A stretch of DNA of 64,000 nt from Chiloscyllium plagiosum (lineage: Eukaryota). Positions 13,281 through 27,100 of this stretch are shown here, in pieces. A model generated the notes under the pieces. It saw only the letters and a list, made by a program, of their open reading frames with translations, was not told where the DNA came from and did not search any database. The translations under genes were made by a program, and so were the position numbers. Within the stretch, counting starts at the first letter, position 1, and each line of letters begins with the position of its first letter. Where the stretch lies: the NCBI RefSeq assembly GCF_004010195.1, contig NC_057749.1, positions 26,272,591 through 26,336,590 on the forward strand, read 5' to 3'.

Positions 13281-16200
13281 TCAATCTGTAATATTTCCGA
13301 TCAGGCTAGGCGCAAATGTAAAAAGGACTACCCACATGGGCAGCCTTTAATAGCTCAAGATCAGATATAAAGAACAAGGACAGGAAAAAGGGCTAGTCAC
13401 AAAATCAGAAATTGCTGGAAAAACTCTGCAGATCGAGCAGCATCTGTGGAGAAAGCAGAGTTAATTCTTCAGCAAATGTGACCCTTCTTCAGAACTTCAG
13501 AAAGGGTTAGTCATCTCCGATCAAGGAAACCTAAAAATTGCTGAGATAGTCACCCAAATCAGAGTTGCCCATAGATAGTAGGTTTCATGGTCTTAAAACA
13601 TCAGTGTTCTTTGCAGCCAATTAAGTGTTTTTATTGAATGAAGTCTCCAGCGCAATTTAGGAGACATGACAGCTAATATGTGCACAAATTCCCACAAACA
13701 AATGTGAAACCAATCAGATAAAATGTTTCTGCTTACTGTTCCAAGTGAAAAATATTAGCTAGAACACAACTGAACTTGTGGCATATTATCTTACACATTT
13801 CTGAGAGAACGGACAAGTTTGAGTTTGATGCCTCATCCAAAACGCAGCAACAATAACGCATACTCTCTCAGCACGGCACTGAATGTCAGTCTAGACTTGT
13901 GCGCTCAAATCTCTGCAAGGACATGAAACCACAAGCTTCTTGTAATGATATATGGTTAGAAATATAGGTTTGATAAAGAAGTGTAATTAATAAGGTATGG
14001 CACACATGAATATTAACAATATTTAAAGATACACCGACGTTAAACATTAAGAACCCCATCGCACTTAGCAGGAAAAGCATATAGTTAAAAATTGGGCTTG
14101 GAGGCAAAAACATGTACTGTATGCTATTAATTAAATGTTCAGCACAGACAATAAAAAAAACAAATAAATAATAGTCTAATCACTAAACTTGAAAATTGAA
14201 AAGACTTGGCAATATCACACCAGTGATAAAGTAAAATGCTAATTTCAGAAGGAACACAGCAACCATTCAACTGATAAAATGATAAAAGGATTCATCACAT
14301 TACAATACCTTTCGGAAATGGATAGATTACACAGAAAAAAAATCCATACTGATAAATTAGATAAAATTTTGCTTTAAACATGATGGGTATTCTATCCTTA
14401 AGTGTTGCTAGACTTTTATTGTTACTTATTCTTTGACACTCCGAGACACTTTCAGATATTCTTGAATAGTTATAAATAGGGAATGTTCAGGTGAATCTCA
14501 CTTTTGTTCAGTATACTGTTCTTGAATTTTGATAATACTTCTGTGCAACATTTGTTACCTAGTACATTAACAAAATAAGATGCTTAGGAAGGCGCCTCAA
14601 TCAATTAACACTCTCGAAATGCCGTTCTTCTCAAAAAAAATCTTTGCAAATGAACTCCACTTAACCCCAGCTTTTGTTTTTGATTCCAAGATTGAAATAA
14701 GGGCAAGGGGAAAGGAATGTACAGATACAAAAATGAAACATTTTTGCTGATAAGCATTTAATGATGATTCTTCAAAAATTGAACGAATAAGAGAGATGAA
14801 GCAATATAAAAATGAAGTAGATGAATGCTCACAAATTCATAAAGCAATCTTCAACAAGTAATTAAGAAATAATACATCACATGAAAATGGCAGGAAGCAT
14901 TACAGAGTTGACATCCACATTTGAAAAGCAGGAGGAATAAAATTATTATAAAAACAAGTCTCTTCACTGAAATTTCAAAAGCATTAGCTTCTCAAAATAA
15001 ATTTTCTCCCATTTTATTTAGAACTTTTAGATAAAATGTTGCTTTAACATAAAACTTTGCTTTAAACATTATTGGTATTCTATCATTAAATATTGCTAGA
15101 CTTTTATTGTCACTTATTCTTTAACATTCCCAGACGTTTTCAGATATTCTTGAATAGTTATAAATAACACTAAACTAGAATCTATTATATTGTATTACAA
15201 CTGAGTTTGACACAGCAGCTCACCTGTTCACTTAAAAATGGATCACTTGTCAAGTTCTGTAATAACTCAGACAATGCTAATTTTAATTTTTTTCTTTTAC
15301 ACACTTTTCTACTTGAAGTGTATCTTGTGAAAAAATCCCATACCCTTAAAATATCTAGGGCATGCGTAGCACAGCTAAGGCTTCTTAAAATTAAACAGGC
15401 TATTGGAGGAGGAGGATGATTATATTCTGCTGAAGCTTTTTCTCCTGAGGGATAATTGTGTGTTAATCTTGCAAGCCCGAAACTCTATACATTTGTGAAA
15501 CTGACTAGTTTCAAACTCAGGAGACGTATGTTATCAAGGAAAAATGCCTGATTTAAGTTAGAAGTTAAAAACTATAACTCCGTACATCCTGATTCAAAAG
15601 TGCTACCAGGGGATCCATAGCCACAATTAGCTGAGTCTGTTATTCAAAAAAAATACTGCCACGAAACGTTTGTTACCTAGTACAGTAACAAAACAGGAGC
15701 TGCGGGAGGCATCTCAATCAATCAATTAACACACTAAGTGCTGTTCCTCCTCAAATAAAAATGAACTCCACTTAACCCCAGGTTTTGTTTTCAGAATATA
15801 TTAAATATCACTGCCCATTTATGGTAGCTTGAGGTAGCAACACACTGCCCGAAGTTCTGAAGCATGAGGCAGAACTGAAGTGACAAATACCAGGTTTAGC
15901 ACAATAAAATTAGCTTAATCCGAGTTTCAGCAACAAATGTACATGTCTTCCAAGCACCTTTGATAGTTTTTTTTTAAATCCAGATATATTTAACTATTCT
16001 CAAATTGTCAAAAAAAAAATCAAAGGTCTTTCCTTCCTATTGTACGTTGATTCTTAAAATTTTTATAGTACTTTAACCAAAACTTGTGAAACAAGCACAG
16101 TTACAATTGCGAACTTTTGTGCTGAAATTAGTTTGAATATCCAGATACTGAATAATTTCTTCCTCACAAACTATCAGTTCAAATAACTGCATTGATGTAC

Positions 16201-16807
16201 ATCATTATAGCACAGCTTGACTGAAGAGAAATCTGGATAAACACGAGAGAAAGAAAGAAAGGAAGCCATGATAGGATTAAAACAAAGATGGGAGGAGGGT
16301 CGACGTGCTGCATAAACACAGGTGTAGACTTAAAGCAAAATCTAAAGATTTAGGGGCTGGATCAAGTAGTATTTTAAGAATTTCTACTTTTATTTCATGT
16401 TTCCAACAACTTCAGGTTTTGCTTTAGTTTTATGCCTATATTTAACAAATGAATCCCCTCCCATCTCTTAATTTAATCCTATTAACACAACTTATTGATT
16501 ACGAGGATGGACTAGGTGGGATGAACGTCCTGTTTCTGCGTTATATACACACATAGCTTCTTATTTAAGAGAGACTAAATTGATACAATCAACTAGCTGA
16601 GTTCAAATATGCCACTGTCTGGGAAGGTGAAAATTTTGTGATCACTTACAATGGAAAAACATTAGGAAACTTTTAAGGTGATTAAGATGATCAGAAAAGT
16701 AGCCCATTCAGCCCTTGTAGTATTTCAATCAATTTTTTAAATAAATTGCAGCCCAAAACCCCTTATAATTATTTGTGTCCAAAGTTTACTGCCTCTTATT
16801 TATTGTT

Positions 16808-19545
16808 ATAGTCAGAGTCAGAGATGTACAGCATGGAAACAGACCCTTCGGTCCAACCCGTCCATGCCGACCAGATATCCCAACCCAATCTAGTCCCACC
16901 TACCAGCACCCAACCCACATTCCTTCAAACCCTTCCTATTCATATACCCATCCAAATGCCTCTTAAAATGTTGCAATTCTACCAGCCTCCACCACTTCCT
17001 CTAGCAATTCATTCCATACATGTACCACCCTCTATGTGAAAAAGTTGCCCCTTAGCTCTCTTTTATATCTTTCCCCTCTCACCCTAAACCTATGCCCTCT
17101 AGTTCTGGACTCCGAGCCCAGCGAAAAGACTTTGCCTATTTCTCCTATCCATGCCCCTCATGATTTTGTAAACCTCTATGAGGTCACCCCTCAGCCTCCG
17201 ACACTCCAGGGAAAACAGCCCCAGCATGTTCAGCCTCTCCCTGGAGCTCAGATCCTCCAACCCTGTAAGCATCCTTGTAAATCTTTTCTGAACCCTTTCA
17301 AGTTTCACAACATGAGACCAGAATTGGGTGCAATATTCAACAGTGGCCTAACCAATGTCCCGTGCAGCCGCAATATGACCTCCCAACTCCTGTACTCAAT
17401 ATCCTGACCAATAAAGGAAAGCATACCAAACACCACCTTCACTATCCTATCTACCTGCGACTCCACTTTCAAGGAGCTATGAACCTGCACTCCAAGGTCT
17501 CTTTGTTCAGCAACACTCCCTAGGACCTTACCATGAAGTGTATAAGTCCTGCTAAGATTTGCTTTCCTAAAATGCAGCACCTTGCATTTATCGGAATTAA
17601 ACTCCATCTGCCAATTCTCAGCCTATTGGCCCACCTGATCAAGATCCTGTTGTAATCTGAGGTAACCTTCTTCACTATCCACTACACCTCCAATTTTGGT
17701 GTCATCTGAAAACTTACTAATTGTACTCTTATGCTCGCATCCAAATCATATTTATAAATGACAAATAGTAGAGGACCCAGCACCTGGAGTCGCAGGTAGA
17801 TAGGATAGTGAAGGTGGTGTTTTCCTTGTGCCACTCCACTGGTCACAGGCTTCCAGTCTGAAAAACAACCCTCCACCACCACCCTCTGTCTTCTACCTTT
17901 GAGCCAGTTCTGTATCCAAATGGCTAGTTCTCCCTGTATTCCGTGAGATCTAACCTTGCTAATCAGTCTCCCACGGGGAACTTTGTCGAACGCCTTACTG
18001 AAGTCTATATAGATCACATCTACTGCTCTGCCCTCAATCCTCTTTGTTACTTCAAAAAACTCAATCAAGTTTGCGAGACATGATTTCCCACGCACAAAGC
18101 CATGTTGACTATCCCTGATCAGTCCTTGCCTTTCCAAATACATGTACATCCTGTCCCTCAGGATTCCCTCCAACTTGCCCACCACTGAGGTCAGGCGCAT
18201 CGGTCTATAGTTCCCTGGGTGGTCCATACCATCCTTTTTAAACAGTGGCACCACGTTAGTCAGCCTCCAGTCTACCGACACCTCACCTGTGACTATCAAT
18301 GATACAAATATCTCAGCAAGACACCCAGCAATCTCTTCTCTAGCTTCCCACAGGGTTCTAGGGTACACCTGATCAGGTCCTGGGGATTTATCCACCTTCA
18401 TCCATTTCAAGACATCCAGCACTTCCTCCTCTGTAATCTGGATATTTTGCAAGATGTCACCATCTATTTCCCTCCAGTCTATATCTTCCATATTCTTTTC
18501 CACAGTAATTACTGATGTAAAATACTCATTTAGTATCTCCCCACCCCATTTTCTGCAGCTCCACTCAAAGGCCACCTTGCTGACCTTGGGGAGGCCCTTA
18601 ATGTATTTGTAAAAACTCATTGGATTCTCCTTAATTCTATTTGCCAAAGCTATTTCATGTCCCCTTTTTGCCGCCTTAAGTATACTCCTACTGCCTTCTA
18701 GTCTCAGAATTCACTCGATCTATCCTGTCTATAACCTTACATATGCTTCTTTTTCTTAACCAAACCCTCAATTTCTTTAGTTATCCAGCATTCCCTGTAC
18801 CTACCAGCCTTACCTTTCACCCTAACAGGAATATACTATCTCTGGATTCTCATTATCTCATTCCTGAAGACTTTCCATTTTCCAGCCGTCCCTTCACTTA
18901 CGAACATCTGCCCCCAATCAGCTATCGAAAGTTCTTGCCTAATACCATCAAAATTGGCCTTTCTCCAATTTAGAACTTCAACTTTTAGATCTGGTCTATC
19001 CTTTTCCATTATTATTTTAAATCTAATAGAATTATGGTCACTGGCCCCAAAGTGCTCCCCCACTGACACCTGAGTCACCCTCCCTGCCTTAGTTCCCAAG
19101 AGTAGGTCAAGTTTTGCACCTTCTCTAGTGGGTACATCCACATACTGAATCAGAAAAATTGTCTTGTACACATTTAAATTCCTCTCCATCTAAACCCTTA
19201 ACATTATGGCAGTCCCAGTCTATATTTGGTAAGTTAAAATCCCCTACCATAACTACCCTATTATTCATACAGATAGCCAAGATCTCCTTACAAGTTTATT
19301 TCTCAATTTCCCCCTGACTATTAGGGGGTCTATAATACATTCCCAATAAGGTGATCATCCCTTTCTTATTTCTCAGTTCCACCCAAATAACTGCCCTGGA
19401 TGTATTTCCAGAAATATCCTCCCTCAGCACAGCTGTAATGCTGTCTCTTATCAAAAATGCCACCCCCCTCTCTTGCCTCCCATTCTATCTTTTCTGTAGT
19501 ATTAGTATCCTGGAACATTAAGCTGCCAGTCCTGCCTATCCCCGA
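16808..19545 (-). mobile_element. CR1 LINE ORF2 (endonuclease + RT), same subfamily as 1-2866 but in the opposite orientation
   Basis: ORFs 18836-19189, 17682-18647, 17305-17607 and 17099-17308 carry near-identical peptides to the copy at 1-2866 (e.g. YVDVPTREGAKLDLLLG, KSPGPDQVYPRTLWE, SQHGFV). 3' tail at about 16808-16825. Confidence 0.95.
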
Positions 19546-20887
19546 TTATGGACCAGACTGAATGCCCTCAAAATATATTAAGATAGTCTCGACCCTAACT
19601 TTTTCTTATTTTAAAGGTAAGTTAAGATAGGTGTTCCAGGTGCAATTTGATTGATTAAACTACCCAGCATTAAGCAAAACATTATTTTTATACTTGTTAA
19701 AATACAGACAAAACGAAAATAAAAGAATTGGCTTAATGGTAGCTCTTGGGAGCTTGACCCCACCCATGATTAAAAAATAAAGCAAAGGAACAGCAATGTA
19801 CTGCCAAGTCAGGATGGTGTATCACTTGGAGAGAAACTTGCAGGTGGTGGTCTTTCCATCAGCTGCTGTCTTTGGCCTTTAGTTTCGGAGTCTTCGGGAT
19901 AGGAAAGTGCCTTGGAGAGTTGTCATGCATTTTATAGATGATACGTATTGCTGTCATTGTGGTCAGTGGAGACAGTGAACATTAAAGGTGAGAGATGGGT
20001 TCATAAATAGAAGCATGGAACAAAAAAGCTGGGAAGAATGCTGATTTTTTTTTAAGCTGGTTAGATTCTAACCAGCTCCAGTTCTGGTTAAAATACGTTA
20101 AGAAGGTCCTTAGAGAAACAGGAGATTTATCAGAAAGGCTCAGTGGAAAGGGATTTAGTTAAAAATTAAGTTGGAAAGTCTGATTGGATATTTGAGGGAA
20201 GATTTGACCTATGAACAAGATCATTTATGAACAGATTTGGCCAAGAAAATGAAGGAATGCTTACCATTAGTTAATACATCTGTGACATCTAGTACTTGCA
20301 CTGAGGTTTTGGGTAAGAAAGGCAGGAGTGAAAGGAATGTTTTTGCAGAGTACAGTAATGATCTGAATCTCACTGTCTGAGAGATGGTGGAAGCAAAAAG
20401 TCAATGACATGAAAATTACTTTAGATGGGCGCAAGAAAGAATAAATCATGAGGGCTAAGAATAAGCAGAAAAAGTGACTTGATCAGAGCATGCTGTGGAG
20501 AGCTGATATGAATCTGTTGGGCAAAGTAGCCTCCTCCTGCTGCCCATATCTATCAAGGACAGAAACCCTCATTTCTACTATTCAGTTCAGTTCTTTTGAT
20601 AACATTTAGACAACGGATGTAACAAGGTCAAGAGCCAGTTGGCCTGATGGAACCCAAACAGAGCAGTGAGTTGGCTATTGCTGAGTAATTGCTCTTGATT
20701 GCACCGTCAAGACGATCTTCCATTATTTTGCAAACGATTAAGGGTAGACTGATGGGACAATAATTGGTCAGATTGGATTTGGATTTACAGAGGTTAAAGC
20801 ATGGGGAAAAGAAAGTTAGAGGATGGTTTGTTCATGGTAGTAAAAGGTAAAACATTATTGGGGTTCACAACTCAGCCTCACACAGGG

Positions 20888-21160
20888 ATTAGATTAGATT
20901 AGGTTCCCTGTTGTATGGAAACAGGCCCTTCGGCCCAACAAGTCCACACCAACCCTCTGGAGAGTAACCCATCAAGACCCATTTCCCTCTGACTAATGCA
21001 CTAACACTATGGGCAATTTAGCACGACCAATTCACCTGACCTGCACATCTTTCGATTGTGGGAGGAAACCCACACAGACAAGGGGAGAATGTGCAAACTC
21101 CACATAGACAGACAGTCACCCAGAGGCAGGAATTGAACCCAGGTCCCTGGCACTATGAGG
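20888..21160 (-). mobile_element. HE1/V-SINE-like tRNA-derived SINE
   Basis: Reverse complement has B-box gggttcaattcc, the central gtgtggagtttgcacattctcccc domain and a (ctaat)n tail. Confidence 0.85.
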
Positions 21161-24100
21161 TTTCTCAGTTCTTAGCTAGATTGCTTATTAATGCTGAACT
21201 AATTCACAGTACTGTTTTAAGGCCAGGTGAAAAGATGAATGACATGCAGGACTAACATTACACTGAGATATTCGTGTCAATAGCTGTTATTACAAAATCA
21301 ACAGCATTCAATCCTGTATCACTTCAAATAATAACTGTGGGGGTGGCAATGATGACTTTCAAACAAATAAAGCATTATAAATCTAAACAGTTGTGTATTT
21401 TTAAAAACCTGCACAGGATTAACCAAAAGCACGAAGCTGCCATAAAACAACACCAAAAAAAGTCAAGCTCAACATTGCTATACAATTAATTTCTATTTAG
21501 CTGCTTACTTTGCTTGCTTGCTCAGAATCCTGCAGTTTCATGTTACTGAAAAGACATTTTCTAATCAGTCAGTAATTGCTTTGTGAGCACAGAAGGAAAA
21601 CTAAGAAACTGAGTAAATATTTCATGTGATATTGGAGCTCAGCAGAGGCTCTCGACACAGTTCTCTCCTCTGAATCATTTTATTTTGTTGGTGCTTTTCC
21701 TGATGGCTCGTGTAGCACTCAGTATAATTCAATTTGCTAAAATTACAAACTGCCAATAAACAGGCATTTATAAAAATTTCTAAGATAATTTTTTTTCCAC
21801 AGAAGACAGAAAGCCAGCATAATTTTTCAATACAGGATCAATGTTTTTAATTACTTAGAGTTAAAACCACTACGTGTTAATTGGTATTTTTAGAATTTCA
21901 CTCAAGCTGTTCTCCCAGATGCTCAAATGCACCCTGGACAGAATCAAATGAATGGAGGACAAGAAGATTTTTTTTGCATCAAGTCCAAAAGGATTTCTTT
22001 AAACTGCAAGGGGAAAATATTGGATATGACATTGATTAATGAGGGTTAACTCTACAAAAATGAGGACGAATAATAAAAGCTTAAAGTGGGTTAAGTACAT
22101 TAGAAAGCAATAGGGAATCTAGTTAATAAATAACATTTATGGAACCAATTCATTTATTCCGATTCAAAGAAAGCTATTTTACAGGAAACTATTAACACAC
22201 AGAGGCAAGGTTAAAATGCTGGTGAGGTGGACTCAATCCTGTAAAAGGTGTGACACAATTAGACGAGCAATAACCTTTTTGAGTGTTTTTTCTAAAGCAG
22301 AAGTGTTAATGTCCTTGTATCATGTCAGGTAAAGTACCACCAGAGAAAGCTCTCGGGATCTCAAGGCTGTGAAACTAGTGCAGGCTCGAGAAAGGAGGTC
22401 AGTGAGTTTCTGTGAAGATGGACAAAGGGATAAGACAAGGGATGTTAGACACCTCTGCCATTTTGGAACATGTAAAACGATGTATTTGACTAAAAAGACC
22501 ATTTTAGAACTGGAGTAATGTACTGGCCATAGTGTACAGTGGACCAATATCGGAGATTTCTTGCTGAGGACAAAGCTCTTTGAAGTCCTCTCTGGGGTGG
22601 CAATCTTCCAAAGTATTGGCGAAATAAATGATCTTAAACTTGCACCCGAAACTCCTGAGATCATAACTATCTACCTCAACAAAATCAATTCAATGAATTA
22701 AGTATTTCAAATACCGCACCAGTATGTTCTCTCGCACCCAGCCTCTCGAATACTCTCTCTATTCCTTGCTGCTCCTTTAGACACTCTTTAAAACCTACCG
22801 CTTGACCAATAACTATGCTCATGTGAAGCATCCTATGCAATTTATTCCATTAAACCCATTACATAAAGTAAAATCAGAAATGAAAGCAGTATGAATACAT
22901 GAAATCACGCTAATACTTTCTCTGCTTGAAACCTCAGTAAAATGCAAGTTAACCCCTTACTAAAAAAGATTTTTTTAAATAAAATGACTAAACTGTATTG
23001 GGACAGATAGAAAATGAAATTGCCTCAACTTGCAGGAGACATTTTACATGAATTTACAGAATTAAGCAAGAAAGACAGATGAATACATGAATAAATTCCT
23101 CACTGCAATGATCCAGGGCCTGGAGCATGGTTTCTGCCATTTACAGCACTGAATGGGAATCTATACTAAATGCAATCAATTAAAATGTTAAATGATTGTT
23201 CAATATAAACTTAGATAAATCCAGCACATTGTAAATCTACATTTTCAAACAAAGCAAACGCCAACCCGTGTAGATTATGTTTGCACACTGTATGTTACCT
23301 CAGACTTCAAACATGTAAAAAAAAAATGAAAGGCAGAGGTCAAACACTTGCAAGATTTCAAAGCAGTCAAGATAATACGAAGACAGGCCTAAAATGCAAG
23401 TATATTTGCTCATTATTGCACAGCAATTTGTCAGAATACACTTGGCTGTTGGGGCTCAGAGAACAATATAGAATTTCCAATGTTTCTCCCACTCTGCAAG
23501 CTGACATATCAAATTAAAGTTGAAGTTGCAATTTCTAAAGTAAACTAATTTCTAAACTATTTGCCTGATCCAGTTTAATCACAAAATTGAAGCTGAGGTT
23601 TATTCTTTTACTAAACACTACTTTCTGTATCCCAAGAAGTGATTTAAAAGCCATTCTGAGCCATAAGAGATACATATTCTGTTTCAAAAATGTTGTAGTT
23701 AAAGATCATACACAAAAAGGTCCTGATTTTTTGAAAACAATATTTTAAAGAATGATAAGTTGCTAATTGAGCACAAAAGCAGCCAGAAGGTTGTAGAAGA
23801 AATATCTTGTGAATTACGAATCGCCACAAGCTGTGGCAATTTCAATGTCTCCGCCGATAACATCACAAAAAGACCATCTCTTTCTTAACCTCCCCTTGAG
23901 TTTCATTACATTGCTATTAAGTTTACCACAAAGTTAAGTCTAGTAATTATCAGTATACATCACCGTTGTTAATAACTGGTAAACAACCTCTTGTCCAGTA
24001 AATAAGCAATAAGTGTATTTTATCCTTACAGGTTGCAAATTTGTTTTGTTTTGAAAAACTATTTTTTTCCCAATTCTTAGTTTTCCCACTCTCACTTTCC

Positions 24101-27100
24101 GCATGTGATGTGACATTAAATTAAAATTGGCAAATTCACCCTTCTCTTTAACCTCTTTGGTTAAGGTCATATGCTGGTTGCCCCAATGTTCGCCTACATT
24201 GCCAATAATCTAGTAGCAGGCGCTTGCAGAAATTCATGAACAAAAATTTTTGAAACCCAAATTTGCAATGGTCAGTCTAACAGGGAACATACCCATTCAC
24301 CAATTAAAATCTAATCCTTGATGGCGAACTGTGTGCAGAACCATTCAGTATATAATACTTTAATCAAGTTTGGGTGTGAGAAATACTCGAGAGTCAAAAA
24401 AGTATCAACAATAGGCTTATTCAGCAATGTGGAAGCAATGGAAAGAAATGACAATAAGTCAGTCAATCGCCAGAACATTACTCCTGTGGTTGGGAGTTCA
24501 AAACTTACGTTAGTCAACATTTGAGAGAACAAAAGCTAGAACTGCACTGCAAGGAGTTTCATTTTAGCTCAAATAGGAACAAGGCAAAACCTCACATCCA
24601 CACTATTTCACTCTGCAGAAATGTTAATAAGACTATTACAGTATTTCATTACCTAGAAGTACAAACAACTATGCTGGAACTGTTGGTTGCAAAACATCAG
24701 TGTCAATGAATACTTGTTCTTGGTCACTTCTGCAAAACTCGAGGACAACTAGATGAAACACTGCTTCAATACTTAAGGATTAGTGCTGTATTAAAACAAA
24801 ACTCCATCACTTTTGGAATCTAATAGATTCCCCACTCCACCCACACACCTAAGAAACATTTTCAAATTTGATCAGTTATAGGTTGTTCCATCATTGGGGA
24901 AGAGATTGAATTTTGCCATAAAGTATAGTTGGTTACTCCTGAAGCATGCCAAGTATAACTTTTATTAAAATCACCCACCGATTCTAGCCAGTGCTGTATT
25001 TTGCAAAATTAAAAAGGCAACATTTACTAAAAGCTGTAAATGAAAATAAACTAAATATAACTACAGTATGTGAAAGCCATAGCTATTACTAGGGAATAAG
25101 GCAAAATGCTGCAATAAATTAAAATGAATCAAGTTGTACTTTAGATAATACTGTACCTGTTTACTTATCCTCAAAATAGATTCACCACAAAATGCAAGGA
25201 TTTGCACATACAGATTAAAACAAAAATCATTTTTATGAAACTATGTAACTGTTACATAACAATGACCACAGTGATTCAGAAACATTGCACTGATTGATTC
25301 TACAATATAACAAAGCACCAGCGAAATATTTCACAATATTGCTGGACAGATAGAATGTTAACATTTAAGTGCTAACATTTCACTCTTTCTTTTCAAAATA
25401 ACTGCCATAGCATTGCGTGCTGTGTTTACATGGTACCCAATGCAATTTTACACTTCAAAATTACAAACTATGAATCAGTGACTCCACAAATTGGCATGCT
25501 CCAAACAGCCAGATTCAAACCCCTTGCTGTTTTTTGCTCTCACTGTATCACCCAGCTCCTACACTACACTATTTTGGTTCATCAAACACACAAAATCTAG
25601 TTCTGCTGCTTTGCTACCAGCACAACATACCTTTGGCTCATCAGTGAGACCAAATGGAGTGCAATCAAAACAAAAATACCTCCAATATATTAAATTAGCT
25701 TCTATCAGCATAAGTGCAATGAGACTTCAAGTCTGTACTACCAACAGCACAGTCAGCAATTATTTTTAATTATAAGTTACTGTTAAATTAAAGAGTCTTT
25801 TTTCTAAAAAAAATTTGGATGCTAAAAGCACCATAATTTAGCTGGCACAAACAGCGAATTAAACCAGCAGCAATTCTGGTTACAGGGAGAGAAGATGAAA
25901 GGGCTATACGAAAATGGACATGTTACAGAAAATGTTGAATTGTGAAAATTCACTCATTCATCTTTCAATCTTTTGAAAACCACAGGCTCCAGCTGGCTTA
26001 TCATTAGATGCAAAATCCACAACCATCTGTGGGATTCAACTGGCCATTTCTCTCACACCAGCCTGCCTAATACGAGTCTGGAATGCATAACCTTGAAACT
26101 TAACTTGGTTTTCAGTGTCTGTACACATAAATGATTCAAAAGTAAGGCAGCATATCCATCGTAAGCAAGATTTCTGGCTGATATTTTGCACCTGTCTGGC
26201 AGAAGACAGTGCTGCATTCTAACTGCTCCCCCAGGTGAGGTTTACTGCTTGAGAATTTGATGGACTGTATGGTTCAATACGTCAGATGAAATGAGAACAG
26301 AAAAGGAGCCATTCAGGACTTTTAGTTAAACATGTTCTCAAACCCCCTCCACCCCACTATCTCAAGTGATTGCCTACTTAGCAGCCACCAGCAGTGCTAT
26401 TGTTACCCTGTCGTCCCTTTAAGGAGAGCAAAAAGCCTGAAGTGATTCAAATTGCCACTCAAACGTAAACATAATTTTGCAGCTTTGATACAGCTTGTGC
26501 CAATTCTGATCAAAACCCCCTCTCTCTCAGACTGTGCAGCCAACATTTGAAGGCCAAGCTCGACTTTTTGAGAGAAGGTACCACATAAACAGAGCAAAAA
26601 CATTCAGCCTTCATCTCAAAAATGCAAACTTCAAATGTGAGTCAGGTTCCTGTTGCTGGAAAGATAAGATATAAAACTAAGAAAGAAAACAAGCATGGTA
26701 AATCCTCCCCCAGTGAGACAGACGAAAGGCCGGACCATTGGGTGCTGCAGTCCTGAATCATACATGCAAAGCAGTGACCAGGAGGACCAGAATTTTATTC
26801 AGGGAGGGAAATAGTTGGGTGCTCCAACTGCACACTGTCCAGCATTAGATGAAATTATAAGCAAGAGTTTATCTCTAAATGGACAGACAAGGTTTGGTTT
26901 TAAAGTCTCTCATAACCACCTTGTAAACATTCTTCATTCAACACCATCCATCAATTGTAAGCTGCTGGAGAAATGTATTACATATGGAGGGATGCACACA
27001 CATAAGCATCACTACAATTATGATAGAAAAGGCCAAAAGCAAAATAATTAGAGAAACAATACTTCTGTTGAAGTACCAGGAATTGTAGCAAATATATTTG

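Noticed and set aside
17682..18647. 321-aa RT ORF as an active or domesticated gene
   Set aside because: It is a fragment of a frameshifted CR1 with an insertion in the conserved QGSVLGP motif and a frameshift before FADD.
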